Source of the DNA: Sphagnum compactum
Lineage: Eukaryota
Assembly: GCA_965153455.1 (NCBI GenBank)
Contig: OZ234493.1
Span: 6,624,213 to 6,688,212 of the forward strand
Length of the DNA stretch: 64,000 nt
Direction: 5' to 3'
Below are positions 53,599 through 64,000 of this stretch, piece after piece. Below the pieces are notes generated by a model that did not search any database, was not told the origin of the DNA, and worked only from the letters and a program-made list of their open reading frames with translations. A program made the translations under genes and the position numbers. The number at the start of each line of letters is the position of its first letter. Within the stretch, counting starts at the first letter, position 1.

Positions 53599-56500
53599 AT
53601 GTGATTTAGATTTTTCACTAAAATAAAATTCCACACTTTTTTAAGAACTTTGATACATGAAGAGGCAAAATGTAACATGTGACCAACCAAACATCTAAAT
53701 AAGCCAATTATGTATTAGGTAATGTTGAACTGGAAAATTCCAATTTAGCAATACAGGTTTGATCCACACATTTACAATCCAATATGAGTAAATACATACA
53801 GGCCCAAACTATTCACCATTGCACAGTGTGCCACTTAAGTTTTTCATTCATGATTTTGGATTTCCACAAAAACAACTTCAACCTATTTCTTTCACTGAAA
53901 TGAATACCTGTTTGAAATCAGTGACCTTTATTTCTAACAATATCATGCACACTAGTGCTGTTCTGGAATGGACTTTTACGGATACCAACCAGGTTTGGTA
54001 TGGATGTTTTTTATTTCAATTTTGTGATGTTGCTCAAGTGGCAATTGTCAATAAGAACATTTAGCAAAATTTTGGTGATTTAAAAGTATGAAAGTAGAAA
54101 AATCTTAAGCACTCTTTCATGTTGTAGCCAGTTCTGATGAATTTTTATTTTTTTTAACTTTCATTTTTTGGCATTTTTTTAAAATCAGGGAATTTGCAAC
54201 TTAATAATGTATATTACAGGTCCAATATGTGCATACCAGGACCCAAAGTCTATAATGGGCAGCACCCAAATATGTCAAAATCGGTGACACAAATGTTGAC
54301 TCTCATTGGCTCAATGAATTTGTATCTTTGTGGTTGGTTTTTGTTCCTTTCATGGATGAATAGAGGTCATCTCAACAACGCACACATTGTGATCCTTTAG
54401 ACCAGAGTGAGGTAGAGGCTAAACTGTTGGAGGACATGGTGTTTCAAGGGCGCTAAAGAAGTTGTTTTATGGTTTGTTTCTATTTTTGGTTTGTTTTGTT
54501 GTTTTGCATGTTATTGCGAAAGGATCTTGGTGAGCCGGTTTTAGTGATGGAGCGCGATCCTGGCTATTCAATGGAAACTCTTTATGAATTGATTGAATCA
54601 CGGTTCTACGAAGGGATTGATGAGGAGATTTCAGGGGAGCAAAGGGACGAGGAGGAGAGAAACATATACAATGCTGGCTGAAATGAAAGGGGCAGACTTT
54701 TAGGCGAAGAAATGAATCTAAGTTTCTAAATTTTCATAACTAGCAAGTATGGAGTGGATTTTGGATTTTTGGATTGTAATTAGTTAGGGGTAGAAGTTGA
54801 TTGAGACTCTGCTTCTTATTAAATCTTGACACTTGAGCTTTCGTTGTGCAAAGAGCATCAAAAATAGATCTAAAAGTCTTGTATGTTTTTTTTAGGGACT
54901 AACACTAGGGAGATGATGAGTGTGTCAAGGATTTCTAGAATGGATATTGTGGCAACACCATGTTTGATGGCTTGGGGGTCTTAAGCTGAGTGTGCAATGT
55001 GTTCATTTTGAGGAGAGAGTATATGCTATATAGTGGGAGATCCGATGATTTTGGGAACAAGGGGATACTGGAAAGTGTAATAAATCACACTCACCGCTTC
55101 TGTCCTGAATCTCTGTCCAATTTCTGAGAGGAACCATGTGATGAAATCAAGTTAGTATCTGTGGGATTTCTGTTGTTGGGGTATGAGCTGCCATTCCTAT
55201 TAAGCAACCAGTTGACTCCTTGAGAGGAAATCAAGAGAAAATCTGATCCCTTGTGGTCCATAGAAATAAGAAAATAAAGTTTGGTATTTGTAAAGATCTA
55301 AATGTAGAAATAATACTTGTAACAATCTTTCTGTCTCAGTAAGACTTCAGCAACTTACATTGAGTCTGTATGTCCAACATCAGAAGTTTACACATAGGAA
55401 GCATTCTTCCCCCTTTTTTTGTGGTGACTATGCTTCCAACAAAAAAAAAAAAAAAACATTGGCGATTTCCTTTTATGCATCAGTTGGATGATTGGATTAG
55501 TGAGCCAAAAGGAGGAGCTTCACTTACGACCTAAACAAATTGTAGTTCATTGTTTTGTCAGGGTTGGAACATTGGGTACTCTACTTGTTGTGGTTCCATC
55601 AATATTTTTGGAGCTTGTAGAAGGTATTATTTCATTCATCTGGACTCAAACAAGTGGACATTTAGCTGTGCCTTTAATTTTTGGACTTTGATTAGCTGCT
55701 AGCATCATCCAAATGTAAGCCTTAAGGTAGAACCACCCATCATTGAACATGTACCTATCCCCAAACAATTTCCAATATTATCCTAATTCCTTAGTTGAAT
55801 TGAACAACTTTTATGTCATTGGATGCACAAATTGTAGGGCTACAAATGGCTTTGGGCTTGAGAAGTATAGGGGCAACATAGAAAACACAGGAAGAGGATG
55901 AATCATAGTTTGTTTCAATTTTTTTGAAAAAATAGTTCTAGAATCCTCTCTAGTTCAAGCCCCTTTATGTTCCTCATGCTTAGTCCATTTTGAATGATTT
56001 AAAACTTGCTAGGTGCACCAACTAGGGTTTTACAAAAAAAATTGTATTCTAGAAGCAAAAATGCAATGATCAAACATCTTAAACTCAAAATCTTAATTTG
56101 TTTTAAGTCAGCTATTGTCAAACATTGAACCCCCTTACACCAAACACCCCATATTTTGCCCATTCCCTTACTAAATTGAAATTTTTTTTGTGACGTTGGA
56201 ATTGCTAGGTGGAGGGCTAAAAATATTATTTGGAACTTCAAAATTAGAGGAAAAATGTGCGAGGATTTGACCTCATTTGAGTTTTTAAATGTTTGTTCAT
56301 TGGCCTATCTACCATAAATGAATATTTTGTATTTTAACTAGGGCAAGAACTAGTTTCTGATAACCATTTCGATTTCAAGCCAATAACCCACCCATTCCTC
56401 AGTAGATCCATATTGCCCACCATTCTTTTTCTCTGCTGCTTTTGCAATGTTGTACAATCACACAGAGAAACCATTTTTGCTTGTAATAAACACATACATG

Positions 56501-59500
56501 TCAAATTCAATGTGTGTGTGCATTTTTCTGTTTAGTTGGAAGAAAAAAACACAAGTGTCACATGTTGCCAACAAAACTTGTTGGAGCTAATTAGTTCAAG
56601 GATAATATTGAAAGAATTGAAACACATAACCTTGAATATTGAAACGCTTTTGTGCAATGTGTTTTTTTTCAATAGGTATTCTGATGTAAAATCATTAGCA
56701 GCAAATGTTTTACCAGCAAAGTTTTCTTTTTTCTAGAGACTTTGGTGAATTTTTCTTAGAAAATAGGGAATTTGCAACATAATACATTTTTTCAATTTTG
56801 AAATCAAAATTTTGCCACCAAAAAAATCATTGCTTTCATGTAAGAAAATAAGTTATTAAAACATTTGAATACTTCATATTACATTCAAACTTGTTTCAAG
56901 GGAAGGTACTTCTAGTTTTTTTCCAAATTATGTGCAAAAAAATATAGCATGCATCTTTTTTATATATAAATAATTTGCTTAAATGTATATAGGTGTTTAG
57001 AATTGGATTATGAAAATATATTTTAAATATATTAAAATCTTCTCAATTTTAATTATTTATAATAGACTATTATTTCATGACGTACCAAAAATATCTTTTT
57101 ATTTCATGGGTTCAATTTTTTTTGAAAAAATAAATCTCACATACAAAAATTAGTAAAAGGTTGTGACACAATTAACTAATCTTTCTAGTTAATTATTTCC
57201 CTTTTAAAACAAGTCTTCATTTTGTAAAATTTGGACTTAAGGGGTCCAAACACAATTAGGGTATCAAAAAATGGTCTAATTAATATTTAGATATCTATTA
57301 TATCTTTTCAATTGGAGGTTTTTTAAGCTTAATTAATATTTTCTCCATAACCATTAATGTTTTTTATTCCCAATATTTTTAAAATATAAATAAATATTTC
57401 AATGATTATTATTTTTTTAGCATTATTAATTTGTTTGTTCAATAAATATATATGTTACTTAGGTTTGTCAAATGGTATCAAGAGGGTAAAAATTTAATCA
57501 ATTCTCAATTTTATAGTGGAAAGCAAATTTAAGGCACACTCCTTAACTCCTTCAAAAAAACGAAATGGGATGAAATTAAAACAAATTCATTTGTATTCAA
57601 AATGAAATCATCTTGCATAAACCAAGAAAAAAACCTAGTTAGTGCAAGTCAAAGTGAAAATGGTTCAAGGACAAACTAAAAGGAATAAATTTCATAAGAT
57701 TCATCATGGTGTAGAGTTGAAAAAGAAGATTGATCTCTCATTTTATGATATATTTGTGATTGGTAGCAAAGACTACATTGAAATGAAATTGAAATCTTGG
57801 GACATCAAAAAGAAAGTTTTGAAAATTCTTGATTTCGCCAAGTTATAAGCTCATAATTCTTACATAAAAACTTTGATTGAAAATTTTTTAAGAGAAAAAT
57901 TATAGCATTTCCAACCTCATATCACATGCTCCAATTGGACTTTATTTGACCCCCTATTTTTTGTATTTTAGTGGTCAAGAATCAAATTGTCAATTCGACT
58001 CTTGACCATTCTTTTGATCATAATTTTGAATTACAATTTTTCAAATGGAGAGTGTGAGTTCACTTTGGATATCTAAGTTTAAACAACTTTTCAATAATTT
58101 AAAAATGATTCAATTTAGACAAAAATTTCTATTTACATCTTTTTCGCAAAGATTTAAAACATTCACAATAATCCAAGGACCAATTCCAAAAGTGGGGATC
58201 TATTTGAAAATATTGGGACTCACTAGCTTCCACTCTCCCACACTTGTGAGAATATGTTTTAATCCTAAAACATTTTTTTGACCCACTACCCTTGTCATGC
58301 CTTGCTCACAAGTTCAAATCTAAGGTCATGATATTGCAAGTGTCAAAACTAACTTTGATTTTTTCATAATAGTTTTCATATTTGTAACAAGGCAAATCCA
58401 TGGCCACAATGTAAAACAAAGAGGCAAAATATCACCATCTTTAACAACAAGAAAAATAAGAGGATAGACAACCACATCATCATTATGAATAATGACTTCA
58501 AATGAAAGTTTAATGAGAATGTATTGCTCAAGGTTACATCTAACCAAATATCAAAAGTTACATCCATGTCAAAATAACATCCCAAAGATAGTTATTATCT
58601 TCACATTGGTTAAGGATCTTGAGCCACAATTTTATCCCAAAATTCTACATTAGGTGAGATGTCTCTTTTCTGTGGGTAGATCCAATAACCTTCTATCAAC
58701 CTCTTGACTCTTTGCTAACTATTTCATGAAAACCATGAGTTCTTGGAGGGGATTTGAAATAACGTAACTCAAGGTTTGTCAATTTCCAAAATGTCAAAAT
58801 ACTTGGAATTGGAGGTTATTAAAAAACTCAAATAATTATTCAACACTAGTAATTAACGTGTATGAACGTAAATGAAGCAAATGTTCACAATTGATTGGCC
58901 AACCAGAGCAAGCCCATTGCCAATCAAGTGTTCAAAAAACTAGAATTGGGTGCAGTAGATTTTTTTTGAAATAGAGGAATATCTAGATAAATCGAAATTG
59001 AGTTTAGCTTTCTAATGGCCAATTTTTTATAAAAAAACATCACCATATTCTATAATAAGAGTTCTAGTACTTGGCCACAAGTAAAGAATAAACCTTTAAT
59101 TTCTTAACTTTTATATATTTTATAACCAGATTTGGCTAAACATCTTATGGATGGCCACCACAGCTGCAACACAAAATTGAAAAAAAAAAGAACAGTGCTC
59201 CACATACACTAGAAATTCTCTCGGTTCTTTCCGTTGCTCCTACAATTCATCTGTCCCCTCACATGTTTTCCATAAATTATCCTGTTTGCTTAGCCAAATA
59301 TTTGCTAATGATGTTCTCAAGCATCCCCCTCGCTCTTTTCAAGACCCTCACACTTCATCCCATATTCCTGCCTGAAATCCTTCTCTTTTTACAATTTTGT
59401 AGAGGCTAGAGTTTTAAAAGAATTTCAATCGTTGGGCCAATCAATGAGCCCATCGCCAAATAAACTTTTGAACTTTGGGTGCACCCACAAGTAAGTAATA

Positions 59501-59765
59501 AATACCACACCATTGGATCCTTTAGGGTCTGGAAATCTTGCATGTGCTCAATGGAGTAGTAATGGGAGAACTGCACCAACATATGTGTTAGTAACAGAGA
59601 GGAAATACAAAGGCCAGTCCCATAAAGGTGCAAAATTCATTTGCAAATTGTGAGATATAGCCTACAACAACACTATTGGTAATAAATAATAACCATTAAA
59701 AACTTGTCATGTTAATGCTTCACATATCACATCTGTAATATGCACTTGAAATGTGCTAAGTATTC

Positions 59766-62037
59766 CTACCAGGAAGTACCAGATGTAAACGCACTGAATA
59801 TGTAATCTAACATCATGCGGTAGGTTGTGGTGAAAACATCAGCCATTGCATTTTGTGCAGCTGTTGGATGGCCTGACCTAAAAGGAGGAGCTTCAATAAG
59901 AACCTGAACTTGCACCTCATTGTTTGCTGGGGCTGGAACAGAAGCTACCACATCTGTAGCAGTTCCATCAGTCCTCCCCGAGCTTGCAGAAGGTACTATT
60001 TCATTCTCCGGGACTTGAACACCTGGATGTGTAGCAGTCACTGTAATCTGTGCACCTGGATTGGCTGCCGCAACCATCCAACCAAAAGGATGAAGTGAAA
60101 ATTTTGTATTTTAGATCACACTACATAGTGCAGGAACTAGTTTTTGAGAGCCACTTTGACTTCAAAGCAAGCATGCATCAATTCCTGAGCCGATCAATAT
60201 TTGATACCCTCATTATTCTCCAATGGCTTTGTAATGGCTTACAGTCACATACAGAAACCAAGAAACCAGTGTTGCTTGCAGTAAGCACCTACATCCAAGT
60301 TCTCATGTGTGTTTCCCCATAAAGGTAATAAAAGGCCCAATTGCTATAATTCTCCCAACAAAACTCACTTGAGCTAGTTAATTTAAGTATAATACCAAAA
60401 CAACTTAAAAACTTGAAGCACTTCCTTGCAGGATTATTGCAGAAGAAAGTAATGGAGATCAAAATTTGAAATCACTTGAAATTTTGAGTTGGATCTAGTA
60501 CTAATTTGGACATCAACTATGTCACTTTGAAGTTTGACCCTTACATGCATATATGGAGCCATCCCATGTCTTCAAAGCGGTATAATGTGCATGGATCATG
60601 GCCCATATGTTCTACATAACTACATGTACCCAAACTTCTTGAACTTCAGCCTTGAAGTTCTGAAGGTTTGGCTGTGACCAGCCTTTTCTTTTGCTAGCTA
60701 TATACAGCCAAATAGCGAAATAAAAAATAAAAATGCTAAATTCAAGTGCCTTTTGAAAAATATAGAAGGATGTTCAAAAAATCTACTTTAATATTTTGAT
60801 TGTAGCCAAATTTGGCTAAATCTTCCTTTGCACAATTGCCACTTTGGGTACACACAAAATTGACCAAAAAAACTGTGACTACTTGGGAAACTCTCAATGT
60901 CCCCATTTATTTTGCCTAGTAAATATAGTTTGTTGATAGTGAATTTGTTTTTAGAAAAACTCAGAAAATCAAGGTTTTCCCAGTGTAAAATGGGTTTTCC
61001 AGCAAAATTTTGCAACTTTTGCAAACTAAAAAAATTGAGGAAAAAAACTCTTACCTTTTTCCTTTCAGGGAAAGAAAAAACTTGTATACAAAGTGGGTTT
61101 GAAGCAATTGTCTATCAAGCATCCATCAAGGACTATACCTGTGTTGGGGGGATTCTTAGATTGAGGGACAGATACTCGCAGTTATCAACCTGAGTATTAT
61201 ACCCACTTACTTACTGATTCTCAAAATATTCAAAGAATTGGTTTTTGCATATAACCATAGTTCTAAAAATATATAAAAAATGTCGAAGAAACAGTCAGAA
61301 AACTGCCAGGTCTTTCATCAAAACCACCAGATCTTTAAGGTGTTTTAAATAACTGGAACTGGCAGTTCTTTGATTCTGGTTTTTTCAAAGAACCAGAACC
61401 AACACAGTTCTTTGAAAATTGAAAGAACCACGCAACACTGGACTGTACCAAACTTTGGGGTTCCATGGTGAAAATTTCACCTTGGTTGAGACTTTACCCC
61501 CAAAACTACAGCTCCTTTCATAAAAACATCCTCGCCCTGTAACTTGTTTTTATTCTGGGGCTCACTTAGTTCTAGCTCATGTCTCATTCAACGCACTAAA
61601 ACCACCAAGAAGATAACCTATATATGTTTGATAATTTCTGAGTTACCTCACTGAAGGATGTTCCCAAACAAATTTACTAGAGAATTTCAATCCTTCACAA
61701 TTTCTGTTGGGAGTAGCATTCTTCTTTTTCTTGGCGAATTTTTGCACTGTGGCTACAAAAGCTGTGTTTAGAAAATTTTGGAAATTCTGGTTTCTAAGTG
61801 TAAATTAGAAAACAATTGCTAAAATTTTGGAAAAATTCGCCAAACCTTTGGAAACCACAAAATTGAAGGAAAACAATAAAAAGCCTGCAAAGGGACGACC
61901 CCACCTGCTGTCGACGTTTGCCCTGTGCCGTAAAGGACGTATTGCAACAGCTTGCCAGTAGCTAGAACGGCGATGGCTACACCAGCGACAATCAGGTTCC
62001 CGGTCCATGAGCCTGGTGCAGTTGATGTGCTCCCCAT
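59766..62037 (-). CDS. Unrecognised 143-aa protein with N-terminal hydrophobic segment (2 coding exons)
   Basis: Exon 62037-61905 (MGSTSTAPGSWTGNLIVAGVAIAVLATGKLLQYVLYGTGQTSTA, donor CAG|GTGGGG, phase 1) joins in frame to exon 60064-59766 (acceptor GGCAG|CC; ANPGAQ...YIFSAFTSGTSW*). Total 432 nt, and both exons are GC-richer than their surroundings. Confidence 0.75.
60679..60875. repeat. Member of a dispersed ~200-250-bp repeat family
   Basis: The core AGCCAAATTTGGCTAAA..GATGAT..CCAC..CACAAAATTG also occurs near 10360, 14450, 16410, 59125 and (inverted) ~54020-54070. Confidence 0.65.
61139..61440. mobile_element. hAT-type MITE, 302 bp, in the intron of the 143-aa gene
   Basis: Ends CTGTGTTG / CAACACTG with an 8-bp TSD GACTATAC / GACTGTAC (1 mismatch). 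Confidence 0.75.
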
Positions 62038-62711
62038 CGCTCCTTTCAAAATTCAATTCAGTAGCAGTTCACAGGCTGCACAACATGACAAGCGCACCAA
62101 ATAATATAAATTTCTATTAGCCTCGGCTCTCAATTCGTCTCTCTCTCTCTTCAATAACTGTAACTGCTTTGATCTTTCCGTCCCTATGTTACGAATCACA
62201 ACTCTGTAACGCAATCAATTTACCAGTTCATAATCTTACATTTACGGCTACATTTACCAATTCAAAATTATCCAAGCAAATTGCTAGAGGAATGTTCTCA
62301 GGGGATTGTTGTAGGAAGAGAACTCAGAAATCGACTAGACAAAATCCAGTCAGCAATCCGAAGATTTCAAAATTCAAGACCAGCACCAATTCACAAAGGC
62401 TGCGCACATCACCTTCTCTCATGCACTCACAGAAACAAGAAATATTAGATTATCTTTCTCGGAGTGAACTAAGTTACTGTTTTGATCTGTCACTAAAAAT
62501 TTAGAAGACATTGAGGAAGAGAACTCAGAAAATGCCCAAGTCACAATCAAGTCAGCAATCCGAAGATTTCAAATTTCAAGCCCAGCTAGCTCATTACTGA
62601 AGGGTATTATTTATTATACGTAGTTCACATCAGATCGCTCTCTCTCTCCAAATACTAGAAAACAGTCGCTCTAGCCAGGAATATGAAATTGCGTTGAGAT
62701 ATATCACTTAC

Positions 62712-62795
62712 AGGGACTCTGTTTATTCAAAGAAGCGCAGGAATTGCGCGACGTAAATCCAACAAGAAAACAGCAAAGAATGCCAATGAGTTGAG
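62712..62795 (-). other. Probable non-coding first exon of the 143-aa gene
   Basis: Starts ~30 nt downstream of TATAAAT (62825-62819) and ends at donor CCT|GTAAGTG (intron 62711-62076, acceptor TGTGCAG|). Confidence 0.6.
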
Positions 62796-63661
62796 CTGAG
62801 CTTCGCAGTGGGCGCACGATTTATACACGCTTGCGGGCCAGGTTTGGTTGGGGTAGTTTCCGTTCCAGGCTTTTTTGCAAATATTTTGTGGGTCCCGAAG
62901 GCATGGTATAACCGGCTGACTGAGGTGGAGAGTTCGGGGACTAAGGTCGACGCTGGCGAGATGCCAATGAGTTGAGCTTCGCAGTGGGCGCACGATTTAT
63001 ACACGCTTGCGGGCCAGGTTTGGTTGGGGTAGTTTCCGTTCCAGGCTTTTTTGCAAATATTTTGTGGGTCCAGAAGGCATGGTATAACCGGCTGACTGAG
63101 GTGGAGAGTTCGGGGACTAAGGTCGACGCTGGCGAGATGCCAATGAGTTGAGCTTTGGACTGGGCGCACGATTTATACACGCTTGCGAGCCAGATTTGGT
63201 GGGGGTAGTTTCCTTTGCAGGCTCTTTTGCAAATATTTTGTGGGTCCAGAAGGCATGGTATAACCGGCTGACTGAGGTGGAGAGTTCGGGGACTAAGGTC
63301 GACGCTGGCGAGATGCCAATGAGTTGAGCTTTGGACTGGGCGCACGATTTATACACGCTTGCGAGCCAGATTTGGTTGGGGTGGTTTCCTTTGCAGGCTC
63401 TTTTGCAAATATTTTGTGGGTCCAGAAGGCATGGTATAACCGGCTGACTGAGGTGGAGAGTTCGGGGACTAAGGTCGACGCTGGCGAGATGCCAATGAGT
63501 TGAGCTTTGCAGTGGGCGCACGCTTTATACACGTTGCGCGCCAGGTGGGATTGGGGTAGTTTCCTTTGCAGGCTTTTTTGCAAATATTTTGTGGGTCTAG
63601 AAGGCATGGTATAACCGGCGGACTGAGGTGGAGAGTTCGGGGACTAAGGTCGACGCTGGCG
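62780..63661 (-). repeat. Five-copy 176-bp GC-rich tandem array, each unit with a TATA box and initiator-like motif
   Basis: Anchor GCCAATGAGTTGAGCT occurs at 62782, 62963, 63139, 63315 and 63491 (spacing 181, 176, 176, 176). Copies are nearly identical. Confidence 0.95.
62819..62825 (-). promoter_or_regulatory. TATA box (gene-proximal copy)
   Basis: GTGTATAAATCG on the minus strand, ~30 nt upstream of the pyrimidine/CA-rich CTCAGCTCAACTCATT and the first exon. Confidence 0.6.
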
Positions 63662-64000
63662 GGGCCGCAGAGAGCGTAGTTAGTTAGTGTTACTAGTAAC
63701 TAATTACACTAGCTAACCAAGAATGCTGATTAGCTTACAATAGTAAGTGCTCATGGGTCCGCCAGACCTACTAGTGCAATAGTATTACATTTGCCAATTT
63801 TAGAAGCTCAGGGAATCACTAGCCAGACAATCGTGCTGATTATGAAAGCCTAGGTGCACATTTGTCAGATTGTTTGTGGCAGGGTAGTGAATAATGTAGG
63901 TGAGCTAGTACTACACGGCCAAGGCAAATTGACCACAACATTGGGATCATGGTAAAAACCCATTTAAATTGCTTATAAATATTTACCCTGGCCTCATAAT

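Noticed and set aside
54420-55250. Possible LINE/retroelement remnant
   Set aside because: The composition is suggestive, but I could not read a reverse-transcriptase or endonuclease motif.
63525-63553. snRNA-type USE plus TATA promoter (ATCCCACCTGG)
   Set aside because: The USE-TATA spacing is only ~11 nt, the motif is present in one unit only, and no snRNA follows.
62723-63607. Repeated 104-148-aa ORFs, or a CRISPR-like reading of the terminal array
   Set aside because: The unit length of 176 is not a multiple of 3, so frames shift between copies. There are no unique spacers or cas genes, and the context is eukaryotic.

Overview
AT-rich, intron-containing land-plant genomic DNA. The repeat landscape looks moss-like (Sphagnum-like), which is an inference, and most entries in the supplied bacterial-style ORF track are spurious. 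Three protein-coding genes can be reconstructed from splice signals. (1) A 7-exon Gfo/Idh/MocA-family oxidoreductase (inositol 2-dehydrogenase-like; + strand, 49259-51918, 378 aa). (2) A small basic AT-hook-motif protein (- strand, 32952-32551, 133 aa) with a probable 5'UTR intron. (3) An unrecognised 143-aa protein with an N-terminal membrane anchor (- strand, 62037-59766). The rest is largely decayed or nested DNA transposons (pogo/Tc1-mariner, hAT, CACTA, PIF/Harbinger and MITEs with readable TIRs and TSDs) plus tandem repeats. The most notable observations are: a five-copy 176-bp tandem array of a complete TATA/initiator core promoter in front of the orphan gene; a second ~175-bp array at the AT-hook gene promoter; two adjacent long hairpins with sense-strand G-U pairs in intron 3 of the oxidoreductase; an inverted MITE pair bracketing that gene; and a duplicated 40-bp uORF-start module. 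No CRISPR array, rRNA or intact tRNA was found, and I cannot claim a proven new system.
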